Shown in pieces: positions 24,207-32,560 of a stretch of 34,762 bases of DNA (positions within the stretch are counted from its first letter, which is position 1; each line of letters opens with the position of its first letter). Position numbers and translations under genes: made by a program. Source of the DNA: a virus (taxonomy: Duplodnaviria; Caudoviricetes). Under the pieces are notes generated by a model. That model did not search any database, was not told the origin of the DNA, and was given only the letters and a program-made list of their open reading frames with translations. The stretch is from the IMG/VR virus record IMGVR_UViG_3300037756_000021, positions 1-34,762 of that record. One strand, given 5' to 3'.

Positions 24207-24853
24207 TAGCTGGTCTTGAGGAAGACCACCGTGCCGTCGGCCGTCGTGTCAGCCACCGCGCCACCGGAGGTTAGCGAGGTCTGACAGTAGTTGATCGTTC
24301 CGGCGGCGTAGACCGGGGACTTGACGTACACCGTCGCGTCGACGGCAACGGCAGCCGCACCGGCTGCGGACTTGTAGAGGAGCTTGAGGCTGTCGCCGTC
24401 AACGGCGCCGCGGAGCCCACCCCCAGCCGACACCATGTCCTCGACGGTGCCTGCGGTGAAATCGTTCGAGCCGGCGATGATCCGATCACGGACGGCCGCC
24501 GCGACCAGGGCGGAGCGGGTCTTGAGGAAGGCCACGTTGCCGTCGGCGGTGTTCTCGATCGTGTCACCGTCGGCGTCCTCGCACTGGAAGGTGTCGGCCG
24601 TGAGCTGCTCGACGACGCAACGGGTCAGCTCGCCGCCCGTGATGGCGCCGATGACCGACTGCCAGACGGGGTAGACGATATCGCCGTCGACGAGCCCGTG
24701 AGCCGTGAGAGTGAACAGATCCTCGGCAGCGCCGCCGGTAAAGTCGCCGGCCGCGAAGATGATATCGGCGGATGCGACGTTACCGACCCACGTTGAGATG
24801 CCCGATTCGCCCAGATTCATCCGAGGGGCGGGGAGCGTTGTCGAAACGGTCAT
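24206..24853 (-). CDS. Putative capsid decoration protein with two tandem related domains
   Basis: Directly after the capsid gene; GAGGAG RBS; internal duplication (DFT..ED..G.VDGD...TADG.V.FLKT). Confidence 0.65.
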   Translation of the reverse strand: MTVSTTLPAPRMNLGESGISTWVGNVASADIIFAAGDFTGGAAEDLFTLTAHGLVDGDIVYPVWQSVIGAITGGELTRCVVEQLTADTFQCEDADGDTIENTADGNVAFLKTRSALVAAAVRDRIIAGSNDFTAGTVEDMVSAGGGLRGAVDGDSLKLLYKSAAGAAAVAVDATVYVKSPVYAAGTINYCQTSLTSGGAVADTTADGTVVFLKTS

Positions 24854-24878
24854 GGTGCTGATCTCCTCAAGGGGTGGA

Positions 24879-24902
24879 GGGGCGGGCACCAAGGCCCGCC
24901 CC
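24879..24902 (-). terminator. GC-rich stem-loop after the capsid gene (attenuator/stabiliser)
   Basis: GGGGCGGGC-N6-GCCCGCCCC perfect 9-bp stem with no strong U tract. Confidence 0.55.
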
Positions 24903-24911
24903 GGATAGGTC

Positions 24912-26696
24912 TTAGGTGTCGGCGCTCACGCCGGAGTAGCTGGACACGCTGTAGGCGAACGAGTCCTGGATGTTCGCGTCCATCCGCGCCCAGGCGTGGT
25001 ACGCGATCTGGCGCGTGCCCTGTGCGGTGTACGGATCCACGAGAACCTGAACGCCCCGCACCCGGCGGATGATGTAGCCACGTCGGATGTCTCCGAACGC
25101 AACGAGGTTGCCCGCCGCGGCGTCGATCGTGATCGGATAGCCGTAGAGGGTGCCGTGCGGCGCCCCGCCGATGCTCGCCCCACCGGGGATGAAGATCGGA
25201 AGGCCAGCGGCCTGCGCCTGCCAGAACTTGACGAGGGATGTGTCCGACATCACGAAGCGGCAGTTGCCGAGGTCGCGATAGGCGGAATCGACCTGGAAGA
25301 TGTGCTCCGATGCCGCGAGCGAGGCCACAGTCGCGGTCATCGTGTCCGCGCTCTTGGACAGCAGCCCGACCGGTTCGGTGCCGCCCGCGCCCGTTGCCAA
25401 GTCGACGGCCTGCTTGCGACCGATCCGCTCGCCCAGCCGGTCACCAATGAAGCCGGCGATGTCGAACGCCGAATCCTGGATCAGCTCGAGGCTGACCTTG
25501 AGCGGCAAGTTGCCGGTGCCATTGGCGTCGTAGCTGAATGCTCCGAGCTCGATGCTGCCGAACGTCAGGTCTGCGCCTGCCGTACCGGCAACACCTTCCG
25601 CAGCAATGGCCGCGGAGTTGGTCGTGTCGTCATTCGAGGGCCAGCGGAGCGATTCGCCGGTTGTCGTGGTGATCTCGTCGGCCACGCCGGCGATCCCGCC
25701 GAACGCCTTGAGGCGAGTGGTGATCCGGTTGAGGAAGCCATCGGGGACGGTGAACCCACCCTCGGCCCCAGAACCCGCGACGCTCTGAGCGAACTGCTCC
25801 ATGTGGCTGGGACGGCCGTCGCGCAGGTAGGCGGTGAACGCCGCGCTGTAGTCGTCGGAGGCGAACATCTCCGCTTCCTGGGGAGCCTTCGGGGCGATGC
25901 CAAGCGTGATGTCCCGGCGGAACCTCAGCTCTCGCCGACGATCCTCGGCAGCGGCCGTCGCCACTCGGCGATCTTCGGCCTCCTTGGTGAACGCTTCGAT
26001 CCGCTGCATCGACAGGGGATCGGGCTCCTCGCCAGCCTCCGACCAAGCACCGGCCACGGCGGCCTTGAGTTGGTCGTCCGAGAGCGTCTTGGCGAAGCCG
26101 AGCGTTCGCTCGTAAAGCGTGGGCTCAGCGTTGAACTGGACCTTCGGCTCCGCCTTCGGAGCCTCCGCGACAGGAGCCTTCGGCTCCTCGACCACAGGTG
26201 TTTCTGCCACGTCGAACTCCTTGCTGAATGCGGCTGCGCTGGATGCCTCGAAGAACGGGTCCCGAACCGGGCTCACATCGACGAGGCGACCGATGTGCGT
26301 GATCCGGCGCGTCCGCTCGCCGGTGTCGGGGTCTGTGTGGAACGTGGAGCGGAAGTCCTCGATGCGGAACGAGGAGCCGGTGACATAGCCGCCTCGGACG
26401 AGCTCGAGGGCGTCATTGGCTGCAGTCGTGTTTGGGAGGTTCAGGAACTCGAACTCGATGCCCTGGTCGCTCCGACGTAGAACGAGGGTGTCGTTCTGGA
26501 GGCTGGCCAAGAGCTGGCTTTCGTCGTGCTCGAAGACCCCAATGACCTTCGAGGCGTCGGCCTTGACCAGCGCAGCCGGATCGACCTCCAGCCACTCGCC
26601 GGCACGCCGATTGCGTTGTCCGGCAAGTTGAACGGCGCCCCGGATGGTCCGGCCTTCGGCCGTGACCTTTGCGGCGAATGCGATGCGTTCACTCAT
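24912..26696 (-). CDS. HK97-family prohead protease fused to major capsid protein
   Basis: N-terminal FEHD...GSSF...LVDVSPV..P protease; C-terminal GGFTVP, VSLELIQDS, FGD...R.D capsid motifs. Confidence 0.93.
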   Translation of the reverse strand: MSERIAFAAKVTAEGRTIRGAVQLAGQRNRRAGEWLEVDPAALVKADASKVIGVFEHDESQLLASLQNDTLVLRRSDQGIEFEFLNLPNTTAANDALELVRGGYVTGSSFRIEDFRSTFHTDPDTGERTRRITHIGRLVDVSPVRDPFFEASSAAAFSKEFDVAETPVVEEPKAPVAEAPKAEPKVQFNAEPTLYERTLGFAKTLSDDQLKAAVAGAWSEAGEEPDPLSMQRIEAFTKEAEDRRVATAAAEDRRRELRFRRDITLGIAPKAPQEAEMFASDDYSAAFTAYLRDGRPSHMEQFAQSVAGSGAEGGFTVPDGFLNRITTRLKAFGGIAGVADEITTTTGESLRWPSNDDTTNSAAIAAEGVAGTAGADLTFGSIELGAFSYDANGTGNLPLKVSLELIQDSAFDIAGFIGDRLGERIGRKQAVDLATGAGGTEPVGLLSKSADTMTATVASLAASEHIFQVDSAYRDLGNCRFVMSDTSLVKFWQAQAAGLPIFIPGGASIGGAPHGTLYGYPITIDAAAGNLVAFGDIRRGYIIRRVRGVQVLVDPYTAQGTRQIAYHAWARMDANIQDSFAYSVSSYSGVSADT

Positions 26697-27970
26697 ACGG
26701 CAGCCTCACTAGGCGTTGGGGATTCGGGTGCGTCGGTGACGGTGCCCCGTGTACCGCTTTGCAGCGCCAGTTCGGCCTTCTGCGCGGGCGTCAGGGACGG
26801 GCGGTTCTGGACCTTCCGGGCCTCGTCAACCGTCAGGATCGGCTTACCGCCCGTCTGCTTGAGCAGTAGCTCGATCTCCTGTGCGGGCGTTCCCTGAAGC
26901 AGCGCCCGGTAGTCGAACTCGACGAACTGGCCGCGTGGCAGTCGGAGCGAAAGCACCTGCTCTATGCGGTCTGACCAACCGCGCAACGTGAACCGGGACA
27001 GACCGAGGTTTTGTTCAGCGACGCCCGTTCCCCAGGAGGTCTGCTTTTCGGTATCCGCCATCAGGTGAGGCGGGACGCCGAACAGTTGCTCGATCTCCAT
27101 GAGCACCCAGCTCAGGGTTTCACGCCACTGGGCCTCGACGTTCGTGGACTGCCACTTCTGGAGTTCGACACGGCGGTTGATGAACGCGACATCGCCGGCG
27201 TTCTCCGAACCGACCACGTGAGAACGGAACCCCTCCAGAATCTTCTTGGCTTCGTCCTCGCCGACATCGTTGGCATCAGCGGATTCGCCCGGCCTGACGG
27301 CAGCAGGGGTCAGGAGTCCACCGAGCCGGATCCCACGACGAAGGTGCCGCTGGGTCGTCTTGTCGGCCGAGATCGCCGCCGAGAACACGGCGCGCGCCGC
27401 ATACAGGAGCGGATGGCCGGCGGTGCCGTCGATCGAGGGGCCGGGGATGTAGGTGATCTGCTCCGAGCCGACCTCTTTCGTCTCTGTCGTGCCCGATTCC
27501 CGGTACTCAAAGACGCGCCTGCCGTTCTCACGCTTCACCCGGAGAATCGCGTCGGGGACGATCGGTCGGTACGCAAGGCCCGAAGTCCCGTCCATTCGCG
27601 CCTCATGCCAGAGGAAGGCGTGGCGCCAGATGAGCGAATGCATAAGGATCGTCTCGACCCACGCGAACGGCGTCATGCCATCGATGCCGGGGTAGGGATC
27701 GTCAAACTCGGATTCGATCTGGTGCTTCTCGCCGCGGTCGTCGCGCTCGTATGTCTTGAGTGGAAGCCCGGCGATCGTCGTTGAGATGATCGCGACCGCA
27801 CGCTGGACTGCCGCCAAACCGAGAACGGTGTAGGGGGTCACCGACTCCTGGGCGTTGTTATCGGTACCGAGCCACCATTCGGCCGCAGCACGGTCAGCGA
27901 TCGACCATTGGCTAAACTGCGCGGATTGGGCCTTCGGTCGGAATAGACTCAGGAAATCAAACGGGGGCAC
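26693..27970 (-). CDS. HK97-family portal protein
   Basis: AVAIISTTIAGLPL, FGVPPHL, SWGTGVAEQ, LTVDEAR motifs. Confidence 0.95.
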   Translation of the reverse strand: MPPFDFLSLFRPKAQSAQFSQWSIADRAAAEWWLGTDNNAQESVTPYTVLGLAAVQRAVAIISTTIAGLPLKTYERDDRGEKHQIESEFDDPYPGIDGMTPFAWVETILMHSLIWRHAFLWHEARMDGTSGLAYRPIVPDAILRVKRENGRRVFEYRESGTTETKEVGSEQITYIPGPSIDGTAGHPLLYAARAVFSAAISADKTTQRHLRRGIRLGGLLTPAAVRPGESADANDVGEDEAKKILEGFRSHVVGSENAGDVAFINRRVELQKWQSTNVEAQWRETLSWVLMEIEQLFGVPPHLMADTEKQTSWGTGVAEQNLGLSRFTLRGWSDRIEQVLSLRLPRGQFVEFDYRALLQGTPAQEIELLLKQTGGKPILTVDEARKVQNRPSLTPAQKAELALQSGTRGTVTDAPESPTPSEAAV

Positions 27971-28018
27971 GATTGGACGGTGCCCGATTACAGCGTCCGC
28001 GGCTACCGACTTTTCGGC

Positions 28019-28225
28019 CTATGCCACCTCGTTGAGCCGGTGGCTCCGGGTGACACCTTGACGGATCCGGGCCGTCGCGAGTTGGTGCTTCACGGTCGCG
28101 GGTGACTTTCCAAGCAGGGCGGCGGCTTCCTTGATGGTATCAGCGTGGCGAAAGGCCTCGATCGCAAGCCGTTCAGCCGGCGTCAACGGCGTACCAGGAC
28201 GTGCCACGTCGGTCGGGTCGCTCAT
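28019..28225 (-). CDS. Stand-alone LuxR-type HTH protein
   Basis: PLTPAERLAI...TIKEAAALLGKSPATVKHQLATARIRQGV; ATGA overlap with terL. Confidence 0.82.
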   Translation of the reverse strand: MSDPTDVARPGTPLTPAERLAIEAFRHADTIKEAAALLGKSPATVKHQLATARIRQGVTRSHRLNEVA

Positions 28226-29808
28226 GAGGCAAAGCCCACATATAGAGCAGGCTTGGACTTGGGTGGCAGGGCCATCGTCATCGCCGCTTCGAGTGCCAGG
28301 ACATCGGCGATCGTGGCGTCGATCCGCCGCCGTTCGGTGCCCTCGCCCTTCGTCAGCTTGTACAGCGTCCGTCCGTCGAGATCGGGAGCGTTTACACGCA
28401 CCTTCTCTTTGTGGGTTGCCTTCACGTGAGCGGTGGTGATGGGATCCGCATCGTGGGTGTGCGTGCCCTCGCGCAGCATGGTCATCCAACGGTCAACGGC
28501 CGGCGCAAATCGGGTGGTGGAGAAGGTGTCGAGAGCCATAACGCGAGGCTTCGCCTCGGTATCGACCCCGTATTTCGCCTCCCACTGCTCGATCTCGGTC
28601 CACCACTTGGGTGGATCACAGAACATCCGGCCGACGCGGAAATGGTCAAACGCCCAGGCCACCCGCTCGTGGACCTCGGTCCTATTCACGCGCCATTCCT
28701 CGGCCTGCTCGGGTCGCTCCCAGGCTCCGATGAGGAACGAATAGCCTTCGGACGTGCAGCCCCGGAGCACCGTCGCGTCGCCGCTCTGCGAGCCGTCGAA
28801 GCCGAGGCCAACGTACGTCTTCGGGGGGACATCCTGTGGCCGGGCACGCTCATCCCAAAGCTTGGGATCAATGGCCTTCGACTGACCCGCAGCCCGGATG
28901 TTGAAGAAGAATCGCAGAGCGTCCGTCCAGTCGGTCGCTGGATCACGGATGTCAGACAGAATCCGCTGCAAGTCAACCCACGTGGCGTCGCCGTAGGCTT
29001 CCGCCAGGGCCTCGAGCATCTGCTCGTCCGTCCAGTCAGGTTCAGGCTCGGACTCGGGCCGCTTCGCGTCCCAGAGGATTCCCGAGAACCCTCGATCTAC
29101 GGCTCGCCCCGACTGCTCGGCGACCGATCCCTCCCCCATGAGCGGTGCATTCGTCGTTTCCTGGGAGCGACCGCCGATCTTGGCGACGTTCCGGCGCAGC
29201 GTCGCGGCGAGCTTCACTCCACCGTTTCGCCGGGTGTAGAGGTGCGTCTCATCCATGAGGACATGGGTCAGTGGTTGGCCCTCACGGCTGCCGGCCGAGG
29301 CCGTAACCGGCTCTAGCGATCCCGGTCGGCCCAGCAGATAGAGCCGCGTGCGACCGTCGTCAATGCGGAGCGCCTTGGCTGCCCGGTGATCGTTCGCGGT
29401 CAGCATCTCGAACATCGCCGAATACGTGTTGTCAGTCTGATCCTCAGAGACTGCAGCGATCTGTACCCACGCCCGCGGGGATCCCTTCGTGCCCCAGGGC
29501 CGGCCGATCGGCTCCTTGCCACGCCAGCCATCGAACAGCACAGGGGCCGAGTCGCTTTCGGACCCTGCACCGAGCTCAGCCAACGCGATAGCACCGTGGA
29601 GCGGTGACTTGCCCCAGCCCTTGGCACGTTCCGATATGGATCGGCGGTAGATGAACCGCCCGGCCTTGTCGACGGCGTACCAGGCGAGAACGAACTCAGC
29701 CTGCTCGTCCGTCAGGACGAACGGCTCGTCAGGGTCCCGCGGCGACGGCAGATACGCCGACATCCATTCGAGAACACCCCAGCCCAGGGTTGGGAGTGTC
29801 CACGTCAT
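28222..29808 (-). CDS. terL: Terminase large subunit
   Basis: RAKGWGKS Walker A, AAVSEDQT, MDETH Walker B, LGFDGS nuclease, RIDA motifs. Confidence 0.96.
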   Translation of the reverse strand: MTWTLPTLGWGVLEWMSAYLPSPRDPDEPFVLTDEQAEFVLAWYAVDKAGRFIYRRSISERAKGWGKSPLHGAIALAELGAGSESDSAPVLFDGWRGKEPIGRPWGTKGSPRAWVQIAAVSEDQTDNTYSAMFEMLTANDHRAAKALRIDDGRTRLYLLGRPGSLEPVTASAGSREGQPLTHVLMDETHLYTRRNGGVKLAATLRRNVAKIGGRSQETTNAPLMGEGSVAEQSGRAVDRGFSGILWDAKRPESEPEPDWTDEQMLEALAEAYGDATWVDLQRILSDIRDPATDWTDALRFFFNIRAAGQSKAIDPKLWDERARPQDVPPKTYVGLGFDGSQSGDATVLRGCTSEGYSFLIGAWERPEQAEEWRVNRTEVHERVAWAFDHFRVGRMFCDPPKWWTEIEQWEAKYGVDTEAKPRVMALDTFSTTRFAPAVDRWMTMLREGTHTHDADPITTAHVKATHKEKVRVNAPDLDGRTLYKLTKGEGTERRRIDATIADVLALEAAMTMALPPKSKPALYVGFAS

Positions 29809-30224
29809 CCGGCGACCGATCGCAGGTGCCCATATCGGCCGGACGGGTCAATCGGCGTCTGAGCCTGTTGATCGACCTTGGGCGGCGCCCACCGGCGAGC
29901 CTGTTGGCCGGCCGGGGTGATCCCATAGGTATCCATGATCCGAATCAGGGCCGTGACATCGTTGGCCTTCGGGGGGTTAGCTCGACGAACGGCGTCGTAA
30001 TGAAGGATCGCGACCTCAAGGCCGGCTAGGTCGTTGACCGACCAGTTGGATGCCCACCAGCCCGTGAACCATTGGCGCCACGCCTCACGTGATGAGGCAA
30101 TCAGGCCGTCCGGAGGCTCAGGAACAGGACCATGCGGCCATCCGACGCCTGGAGACGCCCTCCACTCTCCTAGAGCTGGCGCGTTGCGGCGACGACGAGT
30201 CTGCTTGGCGGGAGGACCGCTCAC
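29805..30224 (-). CDS. terS: Terminase small subunit
   Basis: GPPAK..RRRRN, PEPP, W..W, YGITP..R pattern directly upstream of terL. Confidence 0.88.
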   Translation of the reverse strand: MSGPPAKQTRRRRNAPALGEWRASPGVGWPHGPVPEPPDGLIASSREAWRQWFTGWWASNWSVNDLAGLEVAILHYDAVRRANPPKANDVTALIRIMDTYGITPAGQQARRWAPPKVDQQAQTPIDPSGRYGHLRSVAG

Positions 30225-30604
30225 GCGATTCCCTGCGAATCACGAACCCGTACACAACGCGAGCGAGATAGGTGCGGGTACAGGCTGGGCGACCCTTCTG
30301 AACTTTTCGCAGCCCGGCGCCTGTTCTCCAACGCCGCGTGACATGACCGGGACAGCACTAGACGGGTTGGATGATCCACCGTCAGATCAACGCTACCGCG
30401 GCACCTAGCCGAGTGGACCACAGCATGGCACCACGGCTCAGCCTGGCGCAGTGCTCGTGACTCAGCCGGCCATCCGCCGCTGTAGATACGGCGTTCGGGA
30501 CGGGCGTTGCGCTGCTGTTGCCATGCCAACCCGCAGTCCCGACATCGAGATGAGCCGGGCATTGCTGCCCTTCCGCAACGATCCAAGCACAGCCGGGTGA
30601 CCAT
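30221..30604 (-). CDS. Terminase-associated HNH protein (HK97 gp74-like), degenerate
   Basis: C..CG..SRC..C, YSGGW, EPWC, TVDH...SCH; position upstream of terS. Confidence 0.7.
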   Translation of the reverse strand: MVTRLCLDRCGRAAMPGSSRCRDCGLAWQQQRNARPERRIYSGGWPAESRALRQAEPWCHAVVHSARCRGSVDLTVDHPTRLVLSRSCHAALENRRRAAKSSEGSPSLYPHLSRSRCVRVRDSQGIA

Positions 30605-30605
30605 C

Positions 30606-30797
30606 TCAAAGAGTAAGACGCTCAACGAGCTTGCGAGCGCAATCTCTGGCCAGAACACCTGTCTTGTGCTTGTGAGCACAAGTTTCCTCAGCAACCATCG
30701 TGGCGCCCTTGAGACGTTCGGCTCGGGCTATGAATGTGCCCTCCTCGCCCGACACCACGACCGCAACCCAACGGACATCCTTGCGCGGGATGCTCAT
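30606..30797 (-). CDS. Hypothetical protein (CAHKH...ARDC)
   Basis: ATGA coupling at 30794-30797. Confidence 0.6.
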   Translation of the reverse strand: MSIPRKDVRWVAVVVSGEEGTFIARAERLKGATMVAEETCAHKHKTGVLARDCARKLVERLTL

Positions 30798-30904
30798 CGG
30801 TACGTCGTCGTCCAGTAGCTGTTCGCCGGCCGCCGCCATTCGTCGTACAGCACCCAGCCGATCAGGACGAAGCCCACGATGCCGGTGAGGGCCAAGATCA
30901 GCAT
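30794..30904 (-). CDS. 36-aa single-TM protein
   Basis: MLILALTGIVGFVLIGWVLYDEW...; TGATG and ATGA overlaps. Confidence 0.6.
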   Translation of the reverse strand: MLILALTGIVGFVLIGWVLYDEWRRPANSYWTTTYR

Positions 30905-31041
30905 CACAACGCCCCGACCAGCAGCGCACCCGTGAGGAACGCCAGCCCGACTGCCGTCAGGTTGACCGGGGTTGGCACCTTGAAGGCGTCCACGATAAAC
31001 ACGATCAAGGCGATGATGAGCAGGATGGCGGTGACGCTCAT
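30904..31041 (-). CDS. 45-aa two-TM protein (holin-like)
   Basis: MSVTAILLIIALIVFIVDAF...NLTAVGLAFLTGALLVGAL; coupled. Confidence 0.7.
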   Translation of the reverse strand: MSVTAILLIIALIVFIVDAFKVPTPVNLTAVGLAFLTGALLVGAL

Positions 31042-31277
31042 ACGCCGGGACTCGTCGCCGGACTGACGAAGAACCTCGTCACGATCCCCACGATGATCGG
31101 CAGCGCCCAGCCCGACTGCGGATCGAGCGCCCTGCCGATGGATGCCGCGATGTCCGGGCTGATGACCTCGTTCCCGGCGAGTGACTGCACCACGGCCAGG
31201 ACGGCTGCGGCGACGATGCCAATTACGACCGCTGGCTCTCGGCGGATGCGGTCAGCGATACGGCCGAAGATGCTCAC
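31038..31277 (-). CDS. Putative holin
   Basis: RREPAVVIG...two TMs...TRFFVSP, a pattern typical of actinophage-type holins; follows the endolysin. Confidence 0.72.
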   Translation of the reverse strand: MSIFGRIADRIRREPAVVIGIVAAAVLAVVQSLAGNEVISPDIAASIGRALDPQSGWALPIIVGIVTRFFVSPATSPGV

Positions 31278-32290
31278 GATTTGCTCGCCAGGTACTGCGC
31301 CCAGTAGTTCTCGCTGGTCAGGGTGTCCGGGGTGTCGCTGAGCAGAATGTCGATGTTCTTGATGGCGTCGTGGCGGTAGTACTGCTCCTTGAGCGAATAG
31401 TCCACGTCCGGGCGGGTGCCGATGTGGCCGAAGAACCCGAGCAGGGCGAGTTCCTGGACCTGGAGCGGGGTGGCGTCGGCGATGACCGCCTCGGGCTCTG
31501 GCGCAAGCACACCGGGCCTGCCCGGCTCCGTCTCGCCGATGGTCGTCGGGTGCCCCGTCGCGGCAAGGAGCTGATGAACGGCGATGCCCGGCTGGTCGGA
31601 CAGTTCGGGATCGTCAAGCTGGACGCCGGCGATGGACACGAGGATGCGGGTGTTGAACTCGTTGATCTTGGCGATCTGGAGCAGCGCCCCTTCGTTGTCG
31701 CCCGCTGCGAGCTCGTTGGCGAGATAGCCGGCGCGGACGACGATTGCGTCGGTGAGTCGGTTGCCTGTTGCCACTGGAGCCTCCTGTATGGGTGCCGGTT
31801 GAGCCGGCGTGAAGTAGGGGCTGAAAGCGCCGATCTTGGGCCGCTTCTCCGAGTCCCTGTAGAACGAAACGTGCGTGTGGGTCAGGTGCGAGTTGTCGGC
31901 CTCTCCGGTGCGAGGGGCGCTCGCGACGCCGCGCTCCCGATCCCAGCGGAGCACCCGCTTGCCGTCGTCGGTGTAGATGACCTCCCGGATGTCCTGCGTA
32001 CCTGGTGAGTTGAGCTGGCACCGCTTGACGAGCCACTTGGAGAACGTGCGGAGCGGCCCGAAGGAGCCGTTGAGCTTGCCGAGGTCGATCGCCGATGCCG
32101 CTTCGGTCAGGCCGGCCCTGTCCCGAGTCGTCCTCCGGGAATAGGCGGTCGCGGTCAGTTGGCTCGCGCCGAGGTGGTACGAGGTGCCCTTGGCCTGATG
32201 ACGGGTGTCTCCGACTACACCGAGATTCACGCCGCCGTGGGCGGTCCAGTAGCGGCCGAGGTCGCGCAGGGTGGGGGGGTTGTACGTCAC
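31274..32290 (-). CDS. Putative endolysin (LAS/M15-like Zn peptidase plus C-terminal domain)
   Basis: GVVGD..H...SYH...ASAID...REVIY...HLTHTHVSF; flanked by membrane proteins. Confidence 0.72.
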   Translation of the reverse strand: MTYNPPTLRDLGRYWTAHGGVNLGVVGDTRHQAKGTSYHLGASQLTATAYSRRTTRDRAGLTEAASAIDLGKLNGSFGPLRTFSKWLVKRCQLNSPGTQDIREVIYTDDGKRVLRWDRERGVASAPRTGEADNSHLTHTHVSFYRDSEKRPKIGAFSPYFTPAQPAPIQEAPVATGNRLTDAIVVRAGYLANELAAGDNEGALLQIAKINEFNTRILVSIAGVQLDDPELSDQPGIAVHQLLAATGHPTTIGETEPGRPGVLAPEPEAVIADATPLQVQELALLGFFGHIGTRPDVDYSLKEQYYRHDAIKNIDILLSDTPDTLTSENYWAQYLASKS

Positions 32291-32538
32291 GGCCCCGCCT
32301 CCGGCGATGTAGTCGGCGGGACCGGCGTGTTCAGCGCCTTCGTCGTGGCCGTCGCCGTGGCCTTGGCGATCTCCTGGCCGAAGACGAACGAGATCGCCGC
32401 CGACATGAAGCCGATGATCGCGCCCTTCACGAGCTCGTCGAGCTCGAACGGGTACACGACAAGGGCGTAGAAGCCGCCGACAAGGATCAGCACGGCAATC
32501 AGGTAGGTGAACAGGGCGCGGGCCGCGTCAAGGTTCAC
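32287..32538 (-). CDS. Two-TM membrane protein (holin-like)
   Basis: Two hydrophobic helices ending in FVFG; directly upstream of the endolysin. Confidence 0.7.
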   Translation of the reverse strand: MNLDAARALFTYLIAVLILVGGFYALVVYPFELDELVKGAIIGFMSAAISFVFGQEIAKATATATTKALNTPVPPTTSPEAGP

Positions 32539-32560
32539 GGCTCAACCTCGTCATGGGTCG
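32535..32560 (+). repeat. 26-bp direct repeat, copy A
   Basis: TCACGGCTCAACCTCGTCATGGGTCG; 25/26 identical to 33224-33249. Confidence 0.9.
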
